Positions 30,843 to 40,819 of a stretch of 64,000 nt of DNA are shown here, in pieces (positions within the stretch are counted from its first letter, which is position 1; each line of letters begins with the position of its first letter). Origin of the DNA: Armatimonadota bacterium (GTDB lineage Bacteria > Armatimonadota > HRBIN16); contig BPGU01000005.1 of the NCBI GenBank assembly GCA_026003195.1, positions 129,851 through 193,850 of the forward strand, in the 5' to 3' direction. Under the pieces are notes generated by a model. The model saw only the letters and a program-made list of their open reading frames with translations. It was not told where the DNA came from and ran no database searches. The position numbers and the translations under genes were made by a program.

Positions 30843-32728
30843 TGGACCCCATGGCTCTGGTTCAGTATCAGATGCTGAGGGAGCGTGTTATCGCGCAGTG
30901 GTTGCAGACCAACAACACGCTGCCGTTGCTGGAAGAGGAGTACCGTGAGATAGCAAAACTGGCTCCTTACGGGCTGGGTAAGCCACTGCCTTTGCCGTCG
31001 CCGGAATTGGTGGACTGGGAGAGTCTGAGGGACGCTTACACCACGTTGTGGTGGAACTACCTGTTCCTGCGCGAGGGGCTATCCAGGATCGAGCGGCGCT
31101 GGGATAAGGCGATACTGGCTGTGAGGTCCAGAGTGCAGGCGTTACAGAGGGAGTTAAGCGCCGAGCGCAGGCGTGTGCAGGCGCTTGCCGATCGTGATCC
31201 GAGCGTTGTGTACACGCGCTATGATTCCTTTGATACGATGGAATATGTGCATTCGTCTACGGATGCGGTGGTGGACACATCGAGCGGTGTGGTGCGTCTG
31301 GGATATTCCAACTCGCTGGTATCGAGTAGATACAGGACACTGCAGACGGAGAACGGCGTCCGTCTGGTGTTTGACCAGCCTGCAGAGGTCAGCGGATTGC
31401 GTGTACATGTAGACGGCAGTGGCGTGTTATCTATACAGGTTCAGACGGAGACCGGTACGGAGGACGTGTTCCGTTCCGCATTTGGCGGTGAGGGCGATGT
31501 GGAGTTCGGTGCCAGAAAGGCTATGGAGATCATGCTGTCCATCAGCAAGGGCGTCATCCGGTCCGTGGTGCCTTTCAACAGGCGGTACAACGATTCCAGT
31601 TATCTGGTGAGCACGGTATGGTCTATCCCTGCCGGTATACGCGGACAGCTCAGTTCCGCGTTGAAGCTGAGTGTGGAAGCGGATATGCCGCAGGGCACGT
31701 CTGTGCGCGGGTTTGTAAGGTTCACGTCGGGTAGCAGTTCCGGGAACTGGTTAGACGCTTCCAGACCGGTGCCTCTGCCGGTACTGACGGAACAGGTGGA
31801 GTTGTCGCCCGAGCAGTGGCAGCTTCAGCCGGAAGGCGTATATCGCCATCCCTATCTGTTCGATGTGGACAACCTGCGCGTGGAGGTGGGGATAGACCAG
31901 TGGTCTATCCAGTACTCACCCATGGATTCGGACGAGGTAACTCGCGTGGCTTCCCGGAAGCCCATCTCGGTGAATCCCGGCAGGTTCTCCTCCGCGCCGG
32001 GCTTCTTGAGGAGTGTGGAATGCAGTCCGATGTATGAGTCGGACGGCACTCTGAGCTCGGTGCGTCCGGTATCTCCAGTGGACCAGAACGATATACTCTA
32101 TCTGCTCATCGGCTCGGAGGCACGGTTCGCCCTGTCCGCTCACAGACTGCAGCCCGGCACGTTGTATATGATCAGCGCCTATGTGCATTCGCAGGGCGAC
32201 TCGGAGCGTGTGGTGTTCATGGAGTTGCACGGTACGAACGACAGGGTGTGTGCCGGCATGTTTGTGAATTCCCAGCAGGTGCTGTCCCATCGTATAGGTA
32301 GCGGGGAGGCGGCGGACAGGAAACAGCGTGCTACGGTGAAGTTACGCGATGGATGGAACCTGGTGCAGTTGATATTCGCCACCGCATCAGAGGATACGTT
32401 GTGGCTGGTGTTCGGGTTCGGGGCAAGGAACGTCCGGGCGTTCAACACTCCGTTTACAGAGTGTTCGCCACACCTGTTGCGGTATGATCCGCGTTACCTG
32501 AACGGATACTATGCGCTCTATCCGGTGTCCGGTGGAGTGAACGTGGAGATGGCGATGCCCATGCGCAGTATCGCTGTGGGTGGCATTGTCACCAGACCGC
32601 CTCGTGTCACCGTCACCACGTCCAGACTGGATAACGTGGACGGCGTGCAGGTGATGTTGCAGCTGGCTACCGGCGATGGTTCGGTCTCGCCTGTTGTGAA
32701 GGCTTACAGGCTGGAGGTGCTGGAATGA
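30842..32728 (+). CDS. virion structural protein (628 aa)
   Basis: TAATG coupling; helical N-terminus plus beta-rich C-terminus like its neighbours. Confidence 0.7.
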   Translation: MDPMALVQYQMLRERVIAQWLQTNNTLPLLEEEYREIAKLAPYGLGKPLPLPSPELVDWESLRDAYTTLWWNYLFLREGLSRIERRWDKAILAVRSRVQALQRELSAERRRVQALADRDPSVVYTRYDSFDTMEYVHSSTDAVVDTSSGVVRLGYSNSLVSSRYRTLQTENGVRLVFDQPAEVSGLRVHVDGSGVLSIQVQTETGTEDVFRSAFGGEGDVEFGARKAMEIMLSISKGVIRSVVPFNRRYNDSSYLVSTVWSIPAGIRGQLSSALKLSVEADMPQGTSVRGFVRFTSGSSSGNWLDASRPVPLPVLTEQVELSPEQWQLQPEGVYRHPYLFDVDNLRVEVGIDQWSIQYSPMDSDEVTRVASRKPISVNPGRFSSAPGFLRSVECSPMYESDGTLSSVRPVSPVDQNDILYLLIGSEARFALSAHRLQPGTLYMISAYVHSQGDSERVVFMELHGTNDRVCAGMFVNSQQVLSHRIGSGEAADRKQRATVKLRDGWNLVQLIFATASEDTLWLVFGFGARNVRAFNTPFTECSPHLLRYDPRYLNGYYALYPVSGGVNVEMAMPMRSIAVGGIVTRPPRVTVTTSRLDNVDGVQVMLQLATGDGSVSPVVKAYRLEVLE

Positions 32729-33399
32729 GATACTTCCAGAGCATGCACTATCGGGACTGGTCGCTTCCTGTGCAGGGCGGTATCACGCTTGCGCCGGGCG
32801 CTTCCGACACGTTCCGCATGGTGCTCTACACGAGGAGCATACCGTCCGGCACGAGTGCGGCTTCGGCGCTGGTGCATCTGTACCTTTATGTGCAGACGGA
32901 CGGTCCGGTACGGTTCTCCTTCGGGAGCTCTCAGGTTGACCTGACGGAGACCGGTATAGCCTGTCTGCTCATTCCAGGCAACCAGCTTCCAGGCATAGCG
33001 TCGTATTTTGGTAACTTCGGTGGTCCGGCGTATTACGATGTGTATATCACCGCAACCAATATCGGTAATGCGCCTGTAACGTTCAAGATAAGGCATTACC
33101 AGCCCTTTATCGATTACACCAGTCTGGGTGTTCCCAATCCGGTCTATCATGGCACGGAGCCTGATACCGAATATAACAGACCGGACGCCTGCTTCCTTGC
33201 GACCAGGTTTGTGTATCGCGGTGTGCGCAGCGCGTTTCCGTTCATGACCATGTTGCAGAACACCACTCAGGGGCTGGGCACCGCGATGGTATCTGCCAGC
33301 ATCGCGCCGGTGCAGGCGAGCGGTATGAAGTCGCTCGTCTCGGCGATATTAAGACGGGAGCGGATGTTCTTCAGGGACGGAGTTTATGGAGGTGTCTGA
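32725..33399 (+). CDS. hypothetical (probably structural) protein
   Basis: 224-aa ORF, ATGA overlap. Confidence 0.65.
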   Translation: MRYFQSMHYRDWSLPVQGGITLAPGASDTFRMVLYTRSIPSGTSAASALVHLYLYVQTDGPVRFSFGSSQVDLTETGIACLLIPGNQLPGIASYFGNFGGPAYYDVYITATNIGNAPVTFKIRHYQPFIDYTSLGVPNPVYHGTEPDTEYNRPDACFLATRFVYRGVRSAFPFMTMLQNTTQGLGTAMVSASIAPVQASGMKSLVSAILRRERMFFRDGVYGGV

Positions 33400-33853
33400 G
33401 GTGGCTGATCTGGACAAAGACTTCATTGTGCGTTATGCTCGTGAAATCGGTCTGGAGTGGTTGGAGTCGGCGATAGAGCCCGGTGCGCTGGCTACCAGTG
33501 AGACTCTGAACAGGTTCCGTCGCAACGTGGAGGAAGCCGTTCAGCAGATGACTTCACAGTTCAGGCAGTACGAGATGAGCAACCAGCAATCGTCCGGCTG
33601 GGTGGCTTCTATGGCAACGTGGCTGTTGAACCAGATAAACTCCACCTTAGACGCCTATAACACTCTATCGTCGGGCTGGCAGTACCGGTTTGCCGATCCT
33701 TTCATCACTCGCGGATGGACGACCAGTTCCTCCAGCATGCATAACCTCACGTTCGGGCAGATCACGCCGCCGGTGGACGATTCCACGATGGTGATGAACA
33801 GCAAAAGGAAGGTGTACTTCTCCGCCTCACAACTCGTTACCGACTCCTCATGA
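33386..33853 (+). CDS. hypothetical (probably structural) protein
   Basis: 155-aa ORF; may be fused with the next ORF by a frameshift. Confidence 0.6.
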   Translation: MEVSEVADLDKDFIVRYAREIGLEWLESAIEPGALATSETLNRFRRNVEEAVQQMTSQFRQYEMSNQQSSGWVASMATWLLNQINSTLDAYNTLSSGWQYRFADPFITRGWTTSSSSMHNLTFGQITPPVDDSTMVMNSKRKVYFSASQLVTDSS

Positions 33854-33863
33854 TGGCGGCGAT

Positions 33864-34439
33864 ATGGAGTTCGACCTGACCGGGATGATGGAGGATCCCA
33901 ACTGGAACTATCCGATTCCCCTGCCGGATATGGGCAGACAGTATCTCTGGTTGTATATGCCTCTGATTGAGTCCAGCCTGTTACCGAACAATCTGGAGTT
34001 TGCGGTGATGCCTGGCGGTTCGGTATATGTGCGTTATGTGTATGTGCGCACGAGCTCCGGCTGGGTTCAGGTGATAAATGGGCATTCCAACCTGATGGCG
34101 GGCAGGTTCTGGTGGGATGTGAGGTCTACCGGCAGAGTGACTGCGGTAGGTGTATCGCTGATAAGGAGCAATCTCTCTATGAGAACGGCGCTGGTTCGCA
34201 TGGTTCCTTACAGCACCAGGTTCCAGGAGAGCGGTGTCGCCGAGTTTGATACAAGAGCGGGATTCCTGGACTCGTCGTTCAGCGTCAAGTCCTGGACGTT
34301 GTACCCATCGTTCCCCAGCAGTCCTTCCATGACGGCATCACTGAGCGGCTCAGGTAACAGCGTGATCCGGGTTGTGATAAACAGGTTGACGCCATATGTG
34401 CCGTCCATCTTGTCCGGCATCCGTGTAGAGAAGCTGTAG
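33864..34439 (+). CDS. hypothetical (probably structural) protein
   Basis: 191-aa ORF; weak RBS; frame open upstream from 33798. Confidence 0.6.
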   Translation: MEFDLTGMMEDPNWNYPIPLPDMGRQYLWLYMPLIESSLLPNNLEFAVMPGGSVYVRYVYVRTSSGWVQVINGHSNLMAGRFWWDVRSTGRVTAVGVSLIRSNLSMRTALVRMVPYSTRFQESGVAEFDTRAGFLDSSFSVKSWTLYPSFPSSPSMTASLSGSGNSVIRVVINRLTPYVPSILSGIRVEKL

Positions 34440-34486
34440 TGCGTGGGTACTGATATGGTAGATGCACTGAGGAGGTGTGTTCTACC

Positions 34487-35074
34487 ATGCAAGTACCCCA
34501 TTTGCCAGGATATTATCCGCGTGATGTCTGGACCAGCGTACGTCCCCAGTTCTCCGTCAGAGTGTTAGCCAGAGGTATTGTCTTGCACCACAGCGCCGGT
34601 CCGAATGCGGAGCCCAGATCGGGACAGGAGGAGGTGCATCGGTTTGCTGCGGTTGTGCGCAGCTTCTACGATCACCACACAAAGAGCAACGGCTGGAAGG
34701 ATATCGGTTATCACTTTGTTATCAGCCGCGGCGGATTGATCTTTGAGGCGCGGAACGGTTCCGGAAAGGCTTTGATAGACGGTCTCATCCCTGTTGGTGC
34801 GCACTGTCCTGGCAAGAACGCAACCCATATTGGTATCTGTTTGGAAGGTAACTACCAGTTAGCCAGCGAGCTGCCAAGTAGTTTATGGGAGTCTCTGGTG
34901 CGGCTTATGGCGCGGTTATCTTTGGCGGCTGGTATCGAGTTGAACCGCGCCACGGTGTTGTTGCACCGTGATGTGGTAAGCACTGTGTGTCCAGGCGACA
35001 CTGTGCAGAACAAGCTGGATGCGATCATTACGCATGCCAATCGTATCAAAGACCAGATTCGTGGAGGTGCATAG
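34487..35074 (+). CDS. N-acetylmuramoyl-L-alanine amidase (Amidase_2/PGRP-like endolysin)
   Basis: IVLHHSA, GWKDIGYHFVI, GAH, IGICLEGNY, HRD..T.CPG; GAGGAGG RBS. Confidence 0.92.
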   Translation: MQVPHLPGYYPRDVWTSVRPQFSVRVLARGIVLHHSAGPNAEPRSGQEEVHRFAAVVRSFYDHHTKSNGWKDIGYHFVISRGGLIFEARNGSGKALIDGLIPVGAHCPGKNATHIGICLEGNYQLASELPSSLWESLVRLMARLSLAAGIELNRATVLLHRDVVSTVCPGDTVQNKLDAIITHANRIKDQIRGGA

Positions 35075-35509
35075 ATGGCTGTTATCGATGACGAGATCGT
35101 GCTCCAGTGGTTACAGGAGGATTTGCGTGGTGAGCAGCAGGCAGCTCATCAGTACCTGATAGCGCACTGGTTACTTCAGGGCGCCTTACGTCCGATGTAT
35201 CGTGACCTGTTCCGCAAGTGGGCGGTAGAAGAGATGAAGCATCTGGACGAGTTGGGCGAGTGGGTAGTGAAGTTCGGTGGTGTGCCTGACCTGTTGCATC
35301 CGCTGGCGCTGGAGGAGGTGCGAACGCCCACTCAGGCCATATCGCGTTCTTTGCAACTGGAGCAGGAGACGGTGCAGAGGTATATGGGCAGGGTGCAGGC
35401 TTTGTCCGGTACCGAGTATGAGGATCTCTCGCAGCTCTATCAGCAGTTACTGCTGGATGAATCGGAGCACCGTAACGAACTGTTGCAGATGAACGGCGGT
35501 GAGATGTGA
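35075..35509 (+). CDS. ferritin-like / bacterioferritin-family di-iron protein
   Basis: E..AAHQY, EEMKH, LE...Y, DESEH ligand pattern. Confidence 0.85.
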   Translation: MAVIDDEIVLQWLQEDLRGEQQAAHQYLIAHWLLQGALRPMYRDLFRKWAVEEMKHLDELGEWVVKFGGVPDLLHPLALEEVRTPTQAISRSLQLEQETVQRYMGRVQALSGTEYEDLSQLYQQLLLDESEHRNELLQMNGGEM

Positions 35510-36081
35510 TAAGGCTGATTGCCTCCATACCGTCCCTGCCACTGCCGGATCCGCTGTGGTACGGCTTCCTGCAACGCATATTCCCTGAACAGCCGGATAT
35601 CGTGCTGGATCTGGTGCAAATCACCTCTCAGGCGGAGTACACGGGGTTTACAATAGTAGACTATATTCTGTATAATTATGGAGGAGATGCTGGTGCTCAG
35701 TATCCACGTCATCGTCACTCCATACACAACGGCATCGTGTTGCTCTTGTCTGAGCGGGATATCGTGCGGTGGCAGGATATCGAGTTACCTGTTCCATTTG
35801 CCGTGCAGTGTTACGAGCATGGTCATCCTGAGGAGTGGGTAGAGCGCTATCCCGACCGTTTATGGGTGACCAGATTCTGGTTTGGCGGTCCGGTATGGCT
35901 CAGCTATCTTGGATGTGACCACATCGTGTTTGACATACCGCCCCTTCTCAGCCCTGCATGGAAGGGCGTATTGAGCAGGTTGGTCGGTTTTGTCGGTTCG
36001 TCTCATGCGGAGCTTGTGGAGCATATACCCGGGTTCTTAAATCGCGTTTGCGAGACCGTTTATGGAGGTAACCATGTCTGA
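35506..36081 (+). CDS. hypothetical protein
   Basis: 191-aa ORF, GTGA overlap. Confidence 0.6.
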   Translation: MIRLIASIPSLPLPDPLWYGFLQRIFPEQPDIVLDLVQITSQAEYTGFTIVDYILYNYGGDAGAQYPRHRHSIHNGIVLLLSERDIVRWQDIELPVPFAVQCYEHGHPEEWVERYPDRLWVTRFWFGGPVWLSYLGCDHIVFDIPPLLSPAWKGVLSRLVGFVGSSHAELVEHIPGFLNRVCETVYGGNHV

Positions 36082-36334
36082 CGATTTGTTGACTGCGGTG
36101 TGGTTGTGCGGGAGCGTCGTGAAGTGGATATTCATGCCGCTTCTGGAGAGCTTTCCACGTATAAATGGGCTTCAAATCGGTCAAAAGCGAGGGCTGGTGC
36201 TGGTACTTTGCACGATGCTATCGCCTATCTTTTACCAGTGTAAGGGGATATCGGACCTGTTGCTGGTGGGTATGTCTGCCGGGCTGGTCGCAGTAGGTCA
36301 ACACCATCTGTTTAAGGGCAACAAGGAGAAGTGA
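36074..36334 (+). CDS. putative holin (small multi-TM protein)
   Basis: Three hydrophobic segments and a basic C-tail; near the endolysin; GGAGGT RBS. Confidence 0.55.
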   Translation: MSDDLLTAVWLCGSVVKWIFMPLLESFPRINGLQIGQKRGLVLVLCTMLSPIFYQCKGISDLLLVGMSAGLVAVGQHHLFKGNKEK

Positions 36335-36335
36335 C

Positions 36336-36740
36336 ATGACGGACAAAGAGTTCATGCTGTTGCAGATTCCAGGGCGTGAGGATGCCACGATAAACATTAT
36401 TCTGGACAAGTCGGTTAATAACGACTATCCATATCAAGCCAAGCATGTTCGGAGGCTGGCGTGGTTGTTGTCTCAGGCTTTACCACTGCATGTGATTGAG
36501 AGTCTCATTCATGAGTTGATGTTATATGCTCAGGAGACCATCATCCGCGGTGCGCGTATGGAGGCGTCACAGAAGGGCAAGAGGCTGGTGTTCTCCGTGA
36601 AGGACGAGGCGGAATCTCCGTTCCCGGGACAGCTGATGCTCTGGTATGATGACCGGCCAGTGGAAGATGGAGCGCCTTCAGATGAGCTGGAGATAATAGA
36701 CGAACCTTTTGATGACCTGGAGGACGAGTCCGATGAATAG
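36336..36740 (+). CDS. hypothetical protein with acidic tail
   Basis: 134-aa ORF, AAGGAG RBS. Confidence 0.65.
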   Translation: MTDKEFMLLQIPGREDATINIILDKSVNNDYPYQAKHVRRLAWLLSQALPLHVIESLIHELMLYAQETIIRGARMEASQKGKRLVFSVKDEAESPFPGQLMLWYDDRPVEDGAPSDELEIIDEPFDDLEDESDE

Positions 36741-36936
36741 CCCCGCTATCTCTGAATACCAGTGTCCCAATCCAAATTGTAAGCAAGGTAAGGATAGAAA
36801 CAGGTACTTATACATGCCCAATTTGCCGTTTGAGAGGATAGAATATGTACAGATTGACCAGTTTGGCAATGAGATAAGCTCCCGTGTGGTATATCGATGC
36901 AGATACTGTGGGACGGAGTTCACGGTGCAGAGGTAG
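36733..36936 (+). CDS. small zinc-ribbon protein
   Basis: CPNPNC...CRYC; GGAGG RBS. Confidence 0.6.
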   Translation: MNSPAISEYQCPNPNCKQGKDRNRYLYMPNLPFERIEYVQIDQFGNEISSRVVYRCRYCGTEFTVQR

Positions 36937-36940
36937 TGGT

Positions 36941-37462
36941 ATGTCCAGAAACAGTGGTCTTGCCTTTGAACGTGAGTTGCTGGCGTCTGCATCCTCCTGC
37001 GAGCACCTCGTGCTTGTGAAGATCCCTGTCGGATACTCTCCACTCAAACGCTTCGCCGGTGGTGGTTATGCGGATATGGTAGGCAATCTACACGGCATCG
37101 CCATCGCCATCGAAGCCAAGAGCTGTCGAGGCGGGCGCTTCAGCCTTGGCAGGATCACTGACAAACAGTTAGACTTCCTTCTCAAATGGCAGCAGGCTGG
37201 CGGATACGCCTTCGTGCTGCTGCGCTATGGATATCGTAACGTGCGCCTTGTTGTGATCGATGTGCGGCAGCTGCTGGCGTGGAAGGCTAAAGGCAAGAAG
37301 GGCATATCTGAGCGCGATATCCAGTATCTTCCATGCATCCCTCGGCGTGGTGCAAGGTGGTGCATGGAGGCTCTATATTCTATCATTCAGGAGGATGTAG
37401 ATGGCCATAAGCGATTTGAACGGCAAGATTCACAGGCTGGTGTTACCGGCGAAGCAAGGTGA
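36941..37462 (+). CDS. recU: Holliday junction resolvase, RecU family
   Basis: NSGLAFE, KIP, DMVG..G..IAIEAKS, QLDFL..W..AGGYAFVLL. Confidence 0.85.
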   Translation: MSRNSGLAFERELLASASSCEHLVLVKIPVGYSPLKRFAGGGYADMVGNLHGIAIAIEAKSCRGGRFSLGRITDKQLDFLLKWQQAGGYAFVLLRYGYRNVRLVVIDVRQLLAWKAKGKKGISERDIQYLPCIPRRGARWCMEALYSIIQEDVDGHKRFERQDSQAGVTGEAR

Positions 37463-37973
37463 TTATCAGTCGCTCTGTGAGCTCTGGGGCACGGTTCGTG
37501 GCTTCCTGATCAGGCGGTTTGCCGACAGTCTGAGGCGTGCCCGTTTGTATGATGGCGATATTGAGGGATTCTGCTACCTTGCGTTCCATGAAGCCCTGCA
37601 AAGGTATGATCCAGACCGTGGGTTCCCGTTCCTCACGTATTGCTTCTATATCCTGAAGTATCACACCATTGCCTATATGCGAGAGCGGCATCGCGTGCGT
37701 GACCTGGAGATACCGTTCCGTAACTTCTCCGATGAGGAAGGCGAATCCTGTGACGAGCTGCTGATGCGCGATATGGTGTCTCCTTCGTTTGACGATGATG
37801 TTATTACGAGAGTATGGGCGTCCGGTATACGAGAGCCTGACTGCCGTATAGCGCTGATGTTGATGGAAGGTTACACCGTCACTGAGGTGATGTATGAGTT
37901 AAAGATATCCAAATCCACCTTCTACAGGGCAAGGAACAGGATACGTCGGGCTTTGAAGGAGGTAATGCCATGA
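37401..37973 (+). CDS. sigma-70 (SigH/ECF-like) RNA polymerase sigma factor
   Basis: AFHEALQRYDPDRGFPFLTY (region 2); C-terminal HTH GYTVTEVMYELKISKSTFYRARNRIRRAL. Confidence 0.8.
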   Translation: MAISDLNGKIHRLVLPAKQGDYQSLCELWGTVRGFLIRRFADSLRRARLYDGDIEGFCYLAFHEALQRYDPDRGFPFLTYCFYILKYHTIAYMRERHRVRDLEIPFRNFSDEEGESCDELLMRDMVSPSFDDDVITRVWASGIREPDCRIALMLMEGYTVTEVMYELKISKSTFYRARNRIRRALKEVMP

Positions 37974-38308
37974 AGCCTGTATCCCAGTTGTTGCGCGGCA
38001 GGTTCTACTCCACGCATCTCACCGTGCGCTGTTCGGAATATCATCGATGTCTGGTGTGTGGAGGCTGTCGCCACTACGACCGTAACAGTCTGGTGTGTCG
38101 CAACTGTGAGGGGATGAAGGCTGCGCCGAACTGCAGTTGCAAGCCGTCCAGTCTGCTTGCGGTGCGTTTGATAACGCGCAAGCTGGGATACGAGATGCTC
38201 CATGCGGATATGCCCCGCAAGAGCACCGTAGTCACGCTGGAGGAGGATCCGGAGATGCAGAGGTTTATCAGTGAGAACTTGAATGCAGTGAAGGAGAGTG
38301 ACGACTAA
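37970..38308 (+). CDS. Cys-rich hypothetical protein
   Basis: Multiple CxxC motifs; AAGGAGGT RBS. Confidence 0.65.
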   Translation: MKPVSQLLRGRFYSTHLTVRCSEYHRCLVCGGCRHYDRNSLVCRNCEGMKAAPNCSCKPSSLLAVRLITRKLGYEMLHADMPRKSTVVTLEEDPEMQRFISENLNAVKESDD

Positions 38309-38340
38309 CGTGGCCGGTATATCCCCCGCGTTGAGGTGCT

Positions 38341-38976
38341 GTGAACTATGATCACATCGATGATCTCGTTCGTCGGTTCCGTGAAGGTGATAGCGAGGCG
38401 GCGGAACAGCTCATACAGATGTTCCAGCCGATTATCCAGCGTGCTTTCCGGTTCTTGAGGCATGGTTATGTGGGCAACGATGAGATATTTGCGGGGCTCT
38501 GTAAGGTGTACGGCTCCGGTAAGGTGTCTGAAGGCGCCCGCATCATCGCTGACAGGCTGGGCACGCTGGAGGATGATGAACTTATTGCAGAGATACACTA
38601 CTGCTTCCTGCTGGCCGCTCATTCCAGCAGCAATCTCCAGTATGGGTTCCGCAGAAACATCGCCCGTCGCGTAGGGCATCTGCTCGCCAGGAAGAGACGC
38701 GACGTGATCTATCTGGAGGATATACCTTCAGACCATCCTTCCGATGATAACGAGATGGAGTACATCAACTGGGTGATGGGCATATCCGCTTCCGAGCCGT
38801 TTGACAGCCTCACCGAGGAGGAACGCGAGCTGCTGTACCTCCGCATCGTGCTGGAGAAGCCGTTCTCATACATCGCCGAACGGTTCGGCGCGGACGAACA
38901 ACAGCTGGTGAAGCGGTATCAACAGCTTATCAGGCGGTTGAAGGAACTCCATCTGAACACATCCTCCGGGAACTGA
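38341..38976 (+). CDS. sigma-70-like factor
   Basis: GDSEAAEQLIQMFQPII; region 4 LTEEERELLYLRIVLEKPFSYIAERFG. Confidence 0.7.
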   Translation: MNYDHIDDLVRRFREGDSEAAEQLIQMFQPIIQRAFRFLRHGYVGNDEIFAGLCKVYGSGKVSEGARIIADRLGTLEDDELIAEIHYCFLLAAHSSSNLQYGFRRNIARRVGHLLARKRRDVIYLEDIPSDHPSDDNEMEYINWVMGISASEPFDSLTEEERELLYLRIVLEKPFSYIAERFGADEQQLVKRYQQLIRRLKELHLNTSSGN

Positions 38977-39398
38977 AGCGACAGGTGCAGCTCGTGCAAG
39001 GCGACTGGTCTCAATCTGAACTCGGATAGCTTCTGCTCTAAAAGCGGGAGAGGCTCGCCCATATCGCGCGCCGCCAGGCTGATACCGTACAGTATCATCA
39101 TGGCGGGAATGCTGTATGGTATCAGTCTGCTTCTCAGATAGACGGAACGGACCATCTGCTTCTTCAAAGTGCTCCTGGCGAGCACCTTCCATCCCTCATA
39201 ACTGCAAATCACCACATGATGAATGGGCGATTCGGAGCGCCTGCTCACTTTGAGATGTCCTACCAGCAAAGCGAGTTTAGGCACGTCCGATGCCATCATG
39301 CCCAGATAGAGCACGTTGTCCTGGATACACAGCCTGTCGTCCTCCGTAACGATAACTTTCAGCCCTTCATCCTGAAGCAACCGGATAAGGTCTTCCAT
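38919..39398 (-). CDS. hypothetical protein
   Basis: 159-aa ORF with GAGGT RBS; last gene of the minus-strand block. Confidence 0.6.
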   Translation of the reverse strand: MEDLIRLLQDEGLKVIVTEDDRLCIQDNVLYLGMMASDVPKLALLVGHLKVSRRSESPIHHVVICSYEGWKVLARSTLKKQMVRSVYLRSRLIPYSIPAMMILYGISLAARDMGEPLPLLEQKLSEFRLRPVALHELHLSLQFPEDVFRWSSFNRLISC

Positions 39399-39417
39399 GG
39401 TTTGGACCTCTCTGGCA

Positions 39418-40398
39418 TTATCGGTTGATGGCGCTCAGGATAGGTTCCACACCGTACATCATCACGAAGTCGTCCGGCGCCATCCGACGCTCGCCTTCCA
39501 TCAACTGCAAACGTATGACACCGGCCCCTATCCTCCTCGCCAGTCTGTGAGCCGCTCTCGTTACCTGCACATTATCCTGTTCGCTGTCAAAGAGTACAAA
39601 CCTGCTTTTGAACCTGTAAATCTCGCAAATCTGTTGCAGATGATTCCATGCCGCCGTCACGCCGGGCAACGCCATCACGCTGATATTATCGGGCAGATGG
39701 TCTGCCAACACCATAGCCTTGAACTCGCCTTCTACCACAATCATCGTGGTCTGTTCCACCGCACGCGCAATGTACACACGGGCAGGATAGCCCTTCAAGG
39801 ACAGATACCTCGGCGTGTCGTCCCGGTCCAGCACCTTCCTGCTCCTGACGCTTATCACCTTCCCGTCCTGGAAATAAGGGATAATCACACGACTCGCGTC
39901 AAACACGCGCCGGAAGCATAAATCACCATACCTCTCATAAGCCAGACCGGCAGCGATTATCTCCTCACGGGAGAACCTTAAGCGCTTAATCGTCCTTGTC
40001 ACAAAACAGGCATCCGCCACCATGTAGCGATTGTGCCGAATACCTCGTCTATTCAGCTCTTTGATTGTCAACTTCTGTTCTGACTGTACAAAATTATCCC
40101 ATACAGCTGTGAGTATGTCAACTCCCAAATCGGTATCTACGGTATGGGATGGTGCAAAATCAGGTATATTTACAGTTACGTTCCTGGTGCCGTTCATGCC
40201 AAGCGCCCGCAGAATCTGATCTCTGTGGCATCCGGCGAAGCATTTGACGTTCAGCCTGTTCGCTCTCCATTCGATGATAAGACTGGGATCGTTATCGTGG
40301 TGGCAGGGGCACTGACTGCGGATGCGGTGTCCATGAACGGTGAACCGCAGACCGAGCTGTTTGAGTCGGCTCTGTATCTCCAGCCAGTCCATAAGCAT
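39418..40398 (-). CDS. DNA primase (N-terminal Zn finger plus TOPRIM)
   Basis: CPCHHDNDPSL..KCFAGC; RVIIPYF, PRYLS, IVVEGEFKA, FDSE. Confidence 0.85.
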   Translation of the reverse strand: MLMDWLEIQSRLKQLGLRFTVHGHRIRSQCPCHHDNDPSLIIEWRANRLNVKCFAGCHRDQILRALGMNGTRNVTVNIPDFAPSHTVDTDLGVDILTAVWDNFVQSEQKLTIKELNRRGIRHNRYMVADACFVTRTIKRLRFSREEIIAAGLAYERYGDLCFRRVFDASRVIIPYFQDGKVISVRSRKVLDRDDTPRYLSLKGYPARVYIARAVEQTTMIVVEGEFKAMVLADHLPDNISVMALPGVTAAWNHLQQICEIYRFKSRFVLFDSEQDNVQVTRAAHRLARRIGAGVIRLQLMEGERRMAPDDFVMMYGVEPILSAINR

Positions 40399-40402
40399 CT
40401 CC

Positions 40403-40816
40403 TCAGTATAGCATCTGTCTGAACTGCTCGATATCCATCACTGTCCATTCCCCATACCGGGACAGAACGGTCTCGCCTGGCCTTAGCGAGCCAGGCGAGA
40501 CGATTCTGCTTCTCCAGTCGGCATCGCCCTCACGACGGCGATGCAACACCAGCACCAGCATCTGCTGGTGCTCGTAACTGTGATGGAACACCACCACCAG
40601 CGCGGCGCTCAATCCCGACTCCAGCGACTGCTTCGCCAGCTTGTCCAGCATGTTCACAGTCAATCGGAACTGCTGTTTGCCGGTGGTCTTGCATTCCACC
40701 ATCCAGTCCTTGCCTATCCAGATGTCGCCCTTGCGGTAACCGCAACCGGAACCGGCGACACGTTTGCCTCCAAACAGGTAAGCCAGACGCTTCTCATGTA
40801 GTTTCCATGCATCCAT
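40403..40816 (-). CDS. PD-(D/E)XK nuclease, resolvase-like
   Basis: HEKRLA..GGKRVAGSG..KGDI..VECKTT. Confidence 0.75.
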   Translation of the reverse strand: MDAWKLHEKRLAYLFGGKRVAGSGCGYRKGDIWIGKDWMVECKTTGKQQFRLTVNMLDKLAKQSLESGLSAALVVVFHHSYEHQQMLVLVLHRRREGDADWRSRIVSPGSLRPGETVLSRYGEWTVMDIEQFRQMLY

Positions 40817-40819
40817 CGC

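Noticed and set aside
14264-34439. Diversity-generating retroelement or invertible tail-fibre cassette
   Set aside because: No reverse transcriptase, invertase or template/variable repeat pair seen
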